Shown: in pieces, positions 40,497 to 52,200 of the stretch
Position numbering within the stretch: position 1 is the first letter of the stretch
Layout of the letters: each line of letters begins with the position of its first letter
Source of the DNA: Strigamia acuminata
Lineage: Eukaryota
Direction: 5' to 3'
NCBI GenBank assembly: GCA_949358305.1
Contig: OX442314.1
Span: 33,418,001-33,482,000 of the forward strand
DNA: 64,000 nt
Notes under the pieces: model-generated
The model's input: the letters and a program-made list of their open reading frames with translations, nothing else
What the model was told of the DNA's origin: nothing
Database searches by the model: none
Made by a program: the position numbers and the translations under genes

Positions 40497-40877
40497 TGAT
40501 GAAAAACACAAACACAACGGCCAGAACACAAAATCAGTTCCTCAACTCCGTAGAGAAATTTTAGGAGGGCGCTATAAGAAATTGATGCTCTGGGACGTGT
40601 GAGATGAATTTGTATGATGAAATATTTCACTCGCATCCATAATGGTGGCGAGAAACAAAACCAGTTCCGCAACTCCGTAGAGAAATTTTAGGCGGGCGCT
40701 ATAAGGAGTTGTTCTCGGGGCACTAAACGAATAGCTGAGATGAAATACACTTTACTTCTAACTCATATGTGGGGATGAGAATAAGACCAGTTCCGTAACT
40801 CAGATGAGAAATTTTACACGGGCGCTATAAGGAAATATTCTCACATCGTTGAACGAGTAGAAGTGATGAAATACACT
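40497..40877 (-). ncRNA. Putative cis-acting structured RNA array: three tandem long hairpins in the Gypsy 3' UTR
   Basis: Compensatory stems CCUC/GAGG, CCGC/GCGG, CCGU/ACGG and CCAGAGCA/UGUUCUGG, CGAGAACA/UG(U)UUCUCG, UGAGAAUA/UAUUCUCA. cUACGg loop in two units. G-U pairs fit the minus strand only. Confidence 0.7.
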
Positions 40878-41004
40878 TTTCGGTGTTGATTTTGTAGTTG
40901 AATTGCGCAAAGAGAATGGTGGCGCAAAATGGGTAGTCCTACGGTCTTCCGAGTGACGATGTTGTTGTCCCGTAGAATATCTAATTTAATGAAATCGTTA
41001 TTGT

Positions 41005-44000
41005 TTATTGAGAGTTACCCGACAAGGTTCGGTAAGGTGTTGGCATTCGAAATGATTTTATCATGTTTAACGCCACGTTGACCACAACTCTCATCGCGTC
41101 TCGGTAGTTGGTGGCACCTTGCCGGTTAATCTCATTTCTACAATGGTCCAAGAAGAGTTCTCCGTATCGGCGATACAGCGAATTGAGGAGTGGTCTGGCC
41201 TCTTCCGGGCTCATGCGTAGGTCTGCAGATGCGAGGGATTGGAAAAGTTGGCGAACTGACGAAGCAGACATTCCAAATTGGAGGCACGGTCCGTTGGCAT
41301 TCGCAAAATTGCATTCGACCGCAGCTGGTGGCAGAAGGCTGGGGAGCAGCTCCAGGGTGATGCGGGGTGGCGTGTCATCCCAAATTTGCGATCCTTGAGC
41401 CGGTGGAATAGATGGTGCTGTCATCGGGTAAAAACCTGAATCCGTCATCAGATTGCGCAATTCTTGAAGGCGCAATTCATCCGACCGTCTCTTTTCTTCC
41501 TCTTTTTCTGCTTGCTCACGAGCTTTGCGTTCGGCTGCTTTGCGGTGGGCTTCTGCAACTCGGGTTTTTTCCAACTCGTGCTCCGCCTCTCGTTCTTGGC
41601 GTCTTTTCTCCTCCATCATATTATTATAGTCTCTGTTGTCCTGGACTTTGTAAAGGTGGACGGAGATCTCACGATGAAGGGTCCATATCAAGATCTCAAT
41701 TGCGGTTTCGGAGTCGTACGTGCTACACTCGGACATTCGTTTTTCAACTTGTCGCGCAATGTAGGGCCGTTTGTCCATCATTTCTTTTTGGGTCGTGCGA
41801 AAATCTCCTTGGTAGACGCTAAAATCTTCTATCATCATGAAGGTGATGAGTGTGTTCCAGGCCTTCCAGGGGATTTGGAAACGAGTTTGGGAAACTCCGG
41901 GTCCCTTGATGGAGATCTGGACCTCGAATTTGCGCAAGAATTCTTCTACGACTTCCAACGAGTTAACTGGTTTTTGGGTCACTCCATACTTGTCATACGC
42001 CAATTCGCAACGGAAAGCGACTTTTTTAAATGAAAGTCCAGGTCCGATATTTGGAATTGCGCAGTCGAGTCGGGATCGGTAAGGTGATGAGTCCGAAACG
42101 AGAGTCGACGTCACTGGAATCTTTGCGGTGGCAGCCGTTGTGGTGGACATGTTAAAGTTGGCGCCCGACGACGTTGTTGAGGTTACATTGCGCGGGATTT
42201 CATACTAAGGTCGAAATAACTAAGGTCGAAATTATTCCTTTTCATAAAATATTTTCTTAGTCGTATGTAACTAAGGGCGAAATGATTAAAGTCGAAATTA
42301 CACATACCGAAATGACTAAAGTCGAAATGAATAAGGTCGAAATCCTGTTCCTATCTTATTCATGAATAAGGTCGAAATCCTGTTCCTATCTTATTCATGA
42401 ATAAGGTCGAAATGACTAAGGTCGAAATCCTGTTTCGACCTTATTCATGAATAAGGTCGAAACACAACATTTTTATATGAATAAGGTCGAAACACAAAAA
42501 CTCAAAAACACGAGAATTTCACACGATAATCTTGTGTCTTCTCTCGTTCTGTAATAACATAAAAAATGTTTTTAATCACATGTTTTTAGTATTTTCAGGA
42601 AACCAGAGCAGCTTCTAGAACTAACCTTTTCTCATTTATTAAAACTAAAAACACACGTAAAAAATAGTACGAAACTCTATTAAAACTGGAAAAACACGTA
42701 AAAGATCATAACCATGAAAAACCAATTAAAACATAAAAAAAAACCTGAAAAATCACCAAAAAACCGAAAAAAAACTGGGAAAAAAACATTAAAAACCGTA
42801 AAAAAGGGTTTAAAAATGAAAAAAACCCTAATAAATCGTAAAAAAATGATAAAAACGAGTTAAAACCAGTTGAAAACCATGAAAAACAATGAAAAACCAA
42901 AAAAAAATATGGCGTCAATGTGCTGCAGTGAAGCACCGGGTAAATGCGCTAAGCAGCCTGCCGGCACGCATTTTGTAATAGATACGGTGTTTTGGGCAGT
43001 GTTTTTTCCATTGTTTAATCAGGCCAGTGTGTTACCAGTAGTAACCCACTTTATAGTGCCAATTAACTTTCCAAAAAGAAATGAAATCAAAGTCAAAAGG
43101 AAAACAAATTTATTTAGGCTAAAATGAATTTTTTTTTTATTACTTATTTACATAATAAATGAGAAAAATGAGAAAAGGTTAGTTCTAGAAGCTGCTCTGG
43201 TTTCCTGAAAATACTAAAAACATGTGATAAAAAACATTTTTTATGTTATTACAGAACGAGAGAAGACACGAGATTTTGTTTCGACCTTATTCATATAAAA
43301 ATTTTGTGTTTCGACCTTATTCATGAATAAGATCGAAATTACATATAAAAAAATTGACTACAGTCGAATTGACTAAGGTCGAAATCCTGCTTCTTCCTTA
43401 TTCATGAATAAGGTCGAAATAACTAAGGTCGAAATCCTTTTTTTTTACCTTATTCATGAATAAGGTCGAAATTACATATACAGTAATGACTGGGGTCGAA
43501 ATAACTAAGGTCGAAATCCAGTTTCGACCTTATTCATTTCGACCCAAGTATCCCATCCCCATTGCGCCCAGGAAATTGCGCATAAGTAATCGGCGTCACT
43601 GGTAAAGTTGGAATGTTTGAAAGTTTTACCTGTTGGCACGATGAAACTTCGATTGCTGGTGCAATTGGCGAAATCGTGTAGGTTTGTGAAAACACATCGG
43701 CCGAAGCAACAGGGGCAGTCGACGCTGGTAACGGCGACGGTGAAGCTGGAAAAAGATCGGCAGATAAATTTTCATTAATATTTGAATTGTCAGTCTCAGG
43801 ATCAGGAATTGGTGAATTCGGTGTTGATGCTGATAATTGCGCTTTCACTGCTGGTGTCAGTCTAGCGCTCAGTGGCGGTCCGCGTGGCTTGTTGACGACA
43901 GCGCGGGGATCACGTAATCGGGAAGAACCAGGCTTAACAGATGGAATGTCGATATCCCGGATGTCAATCATCTTTCGTTCAAGTCTGCGGACGTCACTGA

Positions 44001-45225
44001 TTTTAGCGGTGGGAACACTACCGCGAATTTCGTTCGTGATGTCCAGAATCGACGGGGTCACACTCATCGTGGATTGTGCATCGAATTCTACAGGTCCAGC
44101 GGCAGCAAGTGAACGTCGAGAATCGTCCATGCTTTCATTGCGCAATTTTTCTTGCGCGGAATCGTCCGCTAGCACTGATGGTTCTGGAATGAATTGCAGT
44201 TGTGGCACTGGTCGAAGCGCCGTCTCTGTTGGTGGAGTTGAAAATTCAACATTAGACACAGTGGAATTGGAGTACAAACTTTCGGTTTCCTCTTTGTCGG
44301 TTACGGTGAGCGTAGCCATTTTCTCGGCCGCTTTGGCAATTGTCTCCGCCGAGGGTCTGGGCACGAATTGTTCCGTCTCCGTGTCTCGAGTAGGATCATG
44401 TGGAAGCGCAGACGATGAGGATGCCAAAGTGTTGCGCACCTTGATGGCTAGTTGCTGCTCTCGATTTGGATTTTGATTCATCGAGCATGGTGGTTTACGC
44501 TGGTAGAAATATGGCAGCGCGGTGTCGGAGTTGTCGTCGATCGTGTTGAGGTCTCCTAGCGACTCCAATGCAATGCTGATCTGTTCTTGAAGACTCGCAT
44601 CGGTCCCTGGGAAGCTGTGAAAGAACTGGGGCAACGTTGGTTGCGCTTCATCCACCTCCCGCTGTTCTTGGTCCATCAGGTCCAAACCGGCGATTTCGTC
44701 GGCGAGCAAATTCGGCACTTGCGCAAAGGTGACGCGCATCAACTCGGCTGTCGGGTAAATCCAATTTCTGGGCACGATTCTCGCCTGTCTCGCCTCTCGC
44801 TGGAGTCGATGCCAATATTTAAAATGACTGGCGCGGAATCTTTGTACCATTGCTGGGGTCCCGTTCGGTGGCCGGAATTGTGGAAACTCCACTCCGATTA
44901 AATATACCTTGTCCTGGACACGACGAAACAGGCACCAGCCATAAATCTGGCGCATCCACACACGATAAAATCCGCGTCGCAGGTCGCCCCGTCCGTCACA
45001 CGCTCGGCACGTCTTAGCCACACCCGAGACAGCAAGTTCATAACCATATCCGGAACAAACCGGACATATTTCGAAGTTGGGAAAGCTCTGTTCACGTGGA
45101 TCGTTCGGATGCCAGCATGGAAATTTAGGCGGTCCGACTGCGTGAAGCGGTGGTTCGGCATAATTTTTCGGATAGGGTTCGCCTGGGAAATCCTCCTTGC
45201 ACCGACATACATGTTTGTCAGCCAT
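41005..45225 (-). pseudogene. Gypsy ORF3: 948-aa protein of unknown function once the MITE is removed (45225-43568 joined to 42193-41005)
   Basis: Junction reads ...YAQFPGRN-VTSTTSSGANFN-MSTTT... with no stop (2847 nt). N-terminal CPVCSGYG...CRACDGRG, Ser/Pro/Thr-rich middle, charged helical segment. Start context ACAACATGG. Confidence 0.88.
42194..43559. mobile_element. Foldback-type MITE disrupting ORF3
   Basis: 8-bp TSD CATTGCGC; inverted arms with AAGGTCGAAA repeats. Confidence 0.9.
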
Positions 45226-45960
45226 GTTGTCTTAACTGATTGAGGTTGTGCCTAATTGATTTCAATTATCTGGTTTATATAAACGAATTCAAACAATAGA
45301 TATATGACAAACGTTACTTACAATTAGAATTGCGCAAATAATGAACGCGCACAAAACATAACACACGAAGTTTCAACACATGATGTTAATCCATAGAAGA
45401 AGAGTGCACGAGTATCAAACGCTTCGAGAACTTTCTCACACAGGTGTCATAAAAGCACATGGGTATAAAGTGTGGGTGTTTGAGGTTAGTCGTAACTGTT
45501 TCAATAGAACGACGAACTCTAGTGTGGGGAATTGGAAGTTAACGAAAGATTGTAAATGAATGTTCTAGAAGAAGTAATCAAATTTAACGTTTGTCTTCAA
45601 TGAAAAAGTTTAGCATATGCAAATCTAGATACGCATAGACACATAAAACTAAATTGAAATAATAAATTGGAAAAAATAAACAATCTAAACACGTGGTGTT
45701 TTGAAAATTCAATTATAAGTGTCACACTCTAGTGGACAATCTTGTCCCTACTAGAAATGGACTTAGTCAATTTTGAAACGAATAAATATGAAACGTAGAA
45801 CGAATAACATAAAACATAAAATATTTAAGAATAAAGAAACATAAAAACATAAATGAAATTTTTTCTTCAAAGTTACGATGAAATTACACCGGATTACATT
45901 GGATTTTTTTTTTTGTTTTCTTTTTTTTTTTTTTTTTTTTGAAAAAATAATCGGAAAAAA

Positions 45961-46988
45961 TTATTTGAAAGAAAGAAAATAAGCAGTGAAAATATCTAGT
46001 GTGTTAGCAGTATAGTTTTCGACATGCTTGTCGATAATTTCGACATCTTTTAAGGTTAGGAAATTAATTTGCGCAAAATGCCAATGGCGAAGTTCAACAA
46101 CGTTGTATGGTTGTGTTTTTCTGCCATTTTGGTCCATTAAGATGACAGTGTTGGGGCCCACCAATTTGTGAATGATATAGACTCCCTCAGTTCGCTGGCG
46201 TAAGCCTGCTGCAAACTGTCTGTCGGCGGAAGAGGGTTGCCGATTGCGCAACCTTACCCAATCGCCAGGACGAAAATCGTGTGCGCGACGATTCAAATCG
46301 AACCATTTTTTGTGGCGGATCTGGGATTCGCGCAAATTGTTCATCGCCCTTTCTCGCATGGTGGTAAAGGTTCCCCATCATCTGTGTCACTATCAATGTC
46401 ACCAGGGAATCTGGCTTCTTGGCCTGTAACTAACTTAAATGGAGAGTACTTTAACGAAATTTGATACGCCAAATTGATTGCCAAAACAAAATAACCGATA
46501 TTTACATCCCACCTGTCGTGGTCGTCTATGTAGGCCAAAATGCAGTTCTTTAAGGATTGGTTCAGGCGTTCGGCAATATTGCCTTGGGGGTGGTATGCTG
46601 CAGTGTAGCGGTTTACTGCGCCTAATTGCTGGATTTGGCTGCGAAACTCAGGTGATCGAAAAGCAGGGGCATTGTCGCTGATTATAATTTTGGGGAAACC
46701 CCAACGTTTCGTAAATTTCTGAATTTGCGCAATTGAAGTTGCGATGGTCGAATCTTCCGTTAGTCTTACGTCTAACCAACGACTCGCTGAGTCGACCATT
46801 ACGAAGGCATAGCAATGGCCGCCCACTGAACGTGGTTTTTTGCCATAGTAATCAATGTATATTGCGGAAAACAAGTGGCGCGCTCTCGACATTATCATTT
46901 TGCCATAAGGCAAGCGATTTAATGGTTTCGCGCGTTGGCAAGCCTCGCAAACCTGGATCCATGTTTGGACATCTTCTCTCATTTTGGG
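45961..46988 (-). pseudogene. pol: Integrase core and C-terminus of the large Gypsy pol
   Basis: CEACQ, IDYYG, SDNA and AERLN (D,D35E) motifs. Preceded by TGA at 46989-46991 where the conserved Trp is expected; frameshift near 46350. Confidence 0.92.
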
Positions 46989-49210
46989 TCAATAAACACG
47001 CGTCTTTAAACGATGGAGGGTTTTTTCTCTTCCCATGTGTCCCACTACTGGAGGGTAATGCATTGCGCGGAAATATCGTTCGCGCAATTCCAAGGGGAGA
47101 TAAATTTGACGCCTTTTGCGTATTTCATTAATGTGGACTGGTGGAAATCGACACAACATATCTTTATGCATACCAAAATTTTGCGCGCCTTTTTGAACTT
47201 GCGCAGCTTCGACTGGATCGACCGGCAGCATTTGAGCAGTTAAGTAGAATATCAACTCACGCGACCATGGATCTTGTCTCTGAGCAGCTATTATTTCAGC
47301 GGCATCTGGTAACATTTCAAATGGTGGATGTTCAATGGGTGGATCGTGTTCCAATTCAGCCTGTTGTTCCGCTTCAGTGAGCCTTCTGTCCGATTCTGTA
47401 AATGTTCGTTCAGATCTCGGGCGTAGCCTTGTCGGAGTTTGAGGCATTCCACCTCTTGGCACTGGATATTCCACCGGCGAAGGAAAGTCTCGGATCGGAC
47501 TAAAACTGTCAGTGTCTGATGACGAAGTGTCAGAGTCCGGCTCGGAAGTGTATCCATCGGGGCGTTGTTGTCCAGAGGGTCCTGGTCCGGGGTCGAACAC
47601 TGGGGGCACAGTCGGTGCTGTATCAGTTGTTGTTGACGGCGAAGACACAGGAGAGGTTGGAGGAATAGGAGATGGTGATATTGGAATGGGTTGAGTAGGA
47701 GAAGGTGTGGGAAAATTTGGAATTTGGATAGATGTTGATTTTGGTGTAGGTTTTGGCCTTGGTGGCAAAATATGAGAAGGAATTCCAGCTGACTTTCGGG
47801 GTCGTCCTTTAGGTCTAGGAATTGGTGGAGTTGGTATTTTGGAAACAGGAGTTGGTGTGGAAATAATTTTTTTACGAGGAGGTAGAATATGGGAAGGAAT
47901 TCCAGATGACTTTCTGGGTATTCCTTTTGGTTGTAAAGTAGGGAGAGTTGGAGCTGGAGGAATGGAAATTTCTGATTTGCTTGGAGAACTGGGTTGGTTA
48001 GGGAGCGTAGGAGCAGGAATAAGAACAGGAACAGGACTGGGAGGTGCTGTGGGAATGGGGGAAACCACTAAACGAGGTGTTTTTGGCGTCCTTTTACCTT
48101 TTCCAACTTTCTGTGCTTTTAGCAATTTTGGATGTTTCCATTTCTTAATATTAGCTCCATATCTCGGTAATTTTGGAGATATTTTCGGAACCAAAGTGGG
48201 GTCTCTTAATCGAGCTCGAGTTCTTGTCGCAATAGCACGTTTGGCACGAGGGGAGAGCACTGGAATTATCATAATCTTACGTGGTCGTCCTCTTTTCTTC
48301 GTCAATATTGGAATTAATGAATGTTGTCTGCGCGTACGAAGTGGCACTGAAACACGAACTGATGGAGAATTAGGTGAAATTACTGGTGATGTTACTGGAG
48401 TTGTTTGTTGAGTTGGTTGCGCAACTGGAGTTGGCGCAGTTGATGGTGTCGTGCTCACAGTAGTTCGACGAGGAATGAGGGATTTCCTTTTTCCTTTCGT
48501 TTGTTTAGTCGGTGAAATGGCTGAAATTAAAGTTGATTTAATAAATTTATCTTTAAACATTTTCTTAAACTGTCTATTAATGTCTTTTGGCAACTCGGAG
48601 ATGATTGACAATGCTGGCCATTGATTTCCGTCGTCGAAGTACGCCATATAACACGCTTCATCGACGAGTGGACTGTCATCTTCCTCGTCATATTCGGGTG
48701 GGTCGACCGGTGCTCGACTTAATGCGTCGGCCACTCGATTCTTGCACCCTGAGCAGTGTAGGAACGTGAATTTGTATTCGCTTAGTGAGAGTACCCAACG
48801 AGCAAGTCGGCCCGTTGGCTCTCTTTGCTGAAATAACCACTTCAAAGAACGATGATCACTCTCTAAATAAAATGGCATCATTTCTAAATAAGCGCGGAAA
48901 CGTTTCACTGCCCACACGGCTGCTAGGCACTCAATTTCAGTCACATTATAGTTTTTCTCAGCACTGTTAAGCGCACGAGAAGCGAAAGCTATTGGTATCC
49001 TTTCTCCTGCGTCATTTAATTGCATTAAAGCCGTCCCCAAACCGGAGTAGCTTGCATCTGTTTGAAGGATGAATGGCTTTTTCCAGCTGGGAAAACGTCT
49101 CTTTAGCGTTGGAGTCGCTATTTGATCTTTAAGATAATCAAAAGCTTCTTGTTGCGCTTCGTTCCAATGCCAAACGGCATCTTTTTTAAGTAATGGTCGG
49201 AATACCTCAC
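46989..49210 (-). pseudogene. pol: RT connection, RNase H, long low-complexity insert and integrase zinc-finger start of the large Gypsy pol
   Basis: LQTDASYSGLG, ECLAAVWAVKRF, SDHRSL and ADALSR motifs, then about 450 aa rich in P/T/S/K/R, then H.PPVVGHMG.EKT. Confidence 0.92.
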
Positions 49211-52200
49211 TGTAGTGTTGCGTACAACTGTCAATAGCTGGCGCTGTCAGCATGATCACCTGGCGGCGCATGGCATTTGATCACATGCTGAATAAAGCTG
49301 AGTAATCAGTTCATCACCTGAATGCATCGCGTCCACTTCCTTTGCGTAGCTAGAACCTCACATTGGCGACGAGGATAAACAGAATGCTAAATCCAGTGCC
49401 ATCAAGTATTTTGGAATAAAATTTGGACAGTTGCAGAGACTATTACGATGGCAACCGGGTTAAATTTGCCGACAGTGGCAAATTTCGTGTTAAGTGACGG
49501 TAATTTGGACCAAAAATGGAAAAAATGGTCAAGTGCATTTGAATTCTATTTGTTGGCGGCAAATATCGTCGAGGACACTCAAAAAAAGGCTTTGTTGTTA
49601 CATCTCGCCGGTCAGGACGTGCAGGACATATATGGGACGTTTGGGATGAAAGATAAGAAGAATTATGATGCGACCGTGACAGCACTGGCGACATATTTCA
49701 ATCCGCGCAAAAATTTGCGTTATGAACGCCATATTTTTCGCCAGCAAGCGCAGGATGGCGCCGAATCGATGGACACATACGTGACGAGGCTTAAAACACT
49801 AGTGAAAACATGTGAGTACGGCACTTTAGAAGATGATTTGTTAGTTGATCAAATTATAGAAAAAGGCCGAGATAAGGCATTAAGACGCAGGTTACTACGT
49901 GAAGAGACAGTCACATTGGATTCGGTGTTAAAAATGGCGCGAGCTGCCGAAGCGAGCGAAAAACATGCCGTTTTGATGGAGCGAGATGGAGGAGCGAAAA
50001 TTAAAGAAGAAGACGTGAGTCAAATACGAGAGGAGAAGAAATCGTTTAGAGGAAGAGGAACGAAGCGAGCCGGAAGTCAATTCCGAAAATCTGGAGCAAA
50101 ACCACAAAATATCGGCGATCGGCAGGGAAGCAAACCGCGAGAAGGTGCGGAGTGTTTCCGTTGTGGCCGTGCAGGTCATCTGGCCAACGAGTGTACCATT
50201 GCGAAGGACAAAGAATGTGGATTCTGCCACAAGCTTGGGCACTTTGCGAAGGTTTGCCGAATGAAAAATGCAACGCCGGGACGAGGTCGAGGTGCGAAAG
50301 ACCGCGTACAATACGTCGGCGTGAGTGGAAGTCCAGATGGATATGACAGTGATTGCTCGTTTCGAATAGCGACGTCGATGAAGGAGGACTGTGTAAGAGT
50401 GACAATCGCGCAACAGGAGGTAAAAATGCTTATCGATTCGGGTTCGTCAGCGAACTTGATAAACTTAGAAACATGGAACTTATTGAAGAAGCGAGGAGTG
50501 ATTGCACAGCCATCCACGACGACGTTGTATGCGTACGGTATAAAAACTCCTTTAAAAATAAGTGGACAATTTTTTGCAGAAATTAAGAAAGGAGATCGAA
50601 CAGTTAATGCGAAATTTGTGATCGTTCCGTCGGGAGATGTGTCGTTGCTGAGCAGGCGGACTTCAAAGGAACTAGGGGTGTTGAAAATAGAAGAAGAAAT
50701 AATCCGTTCCGTGGAGGAGAACGCTGCACTGGACGAGACATTGCTTGGAGTACGGGGCGAGTTAGCCGATAAAGTGAGAAAACATCGAAATTTATTTGTA
50801 GGAATCGGAAAATTAAAGGACTATGAGCTGGAACTTTACATTGACGAAACAGTGAAACCAGTTGCACAGAGTGTACGACGTATACCGTTTCACATTCGCA
50901 AACAGGTGGATCTGGAAATCGATAGACTGCTCGCCGAGGATATCATCGAACCGGTGACCGGACCGACAGACTGGGTGTCACCTATGGTCCCAGTGAAGAA
51001 AGCGGACGGGACAATCCGAATCTGCTTGGATATGCGAGCCGTCAACCAAGCGGTAAAGCGCCGGCGCCATCCACTTCCAACAATGGAAGAAGTTTTGGAA
51101 GAAATTGATGGGGCCGAGGTGATTTCCAAACTCGACTGCAGATGGGGGTATCTGCAGATACCGCTGCGAGAAGATTCACGTAAATATACGGTTTTTGTAA
51201 CCCACCGTGGGTTATTTCGTTATAAAAGACTTTTCTTCGGGATTGCTTCGGCACCCGAAGAGTATCAGCAGATTGTCCAGACTATTCTCGAGGAATGCGA
51301 GGGGACGAAAAATAGTCTGGACGACATTGTCGTTCACGGCAAGACAGTCGCGGAGCACGACGCGAGGCTGGTGAAAGTGTTAGAAGTCCTAGAGAAGAAT
51401 GGACTAACTTTGAATGCTAAAAAGTGCTGTTTCGGACTAACTAAGTTGAATTTTTTAGGTCATGTCATTTCTAAACACGGGATTTCAGTGGCCGACCAGA
51501 AAATCAAAGCGGTGAAGGATGCGAGTTCACCGAAGACGGAGACGGAAGTGCGTAGTTTCTTGGGTTTGGTGAATTATTGCGGAAGGTACATCAAGGACTT
51601 TGCCACCCTAGCGGAACCGCTGCGAGTAGTCACGAGGAAAAGCGGAGGTTTTAAGTGGGGCAAGGAACAAGAGAAGGCGTTCGTGTTGTTGAAGGAGGCG
51701 CTTTGCAGGGCCGAGACGTTGGCATTTTTCCGAAAAAATGCGCAGACGAGGTTGATCGTCGACGCGTCTCCAGTCGGGCTCGGGGCGGTCCTCGTGCAGC
51801 GACAGACGGACGGACACAACCAACCAATTGCGTACGCGAGTCGTACGTTATCCCAAGTTGAGCGCAGATACAGCCAAACGGAGAAGGAGGCGCTCGCAGT
51901 CGTTTGGGGCTGCGAGCGTTTTCGAATTTACCTCATCGGATTAGCGTTCGAATTAATTACCGACCATAAAGCGTTGGAGGTAATTTATTCAGTAAAGAGT
52001 AGGCCATCGGCGCGCATCGAAAGATGGGTATTGAGGCTTCAACCTTTCGAGTTTTCGATACGGCACAAGCCGGGATCGACGAACATCGCAGATGCCCTTT
52101 CGCGACTACTTCCAGAAGGGGAAGGAAAAACCATAGTTGGAGAGACAGAGAAGCATGTTCATTTTATTATGGCGAATGCAGTACCGAAAGCGATGACTCT

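Noticed and set aside
40497..40877. Hairpin array as a CRISPR array or a hammerhead/twister ribozyme
   Set aside because: The variable parts are base-paired stems rather than foreign spacers. There is no CUGANGA/GAAA core in a workable arrangement, and the GCCCGnnUAAAA resemblance to twister lacks the required upstream pairing partner.
41005..45225. ORF3 as a retroviral-like env
   Set aside because: No signal peptide or transmembrane helix, and no env-like architecture is visible.
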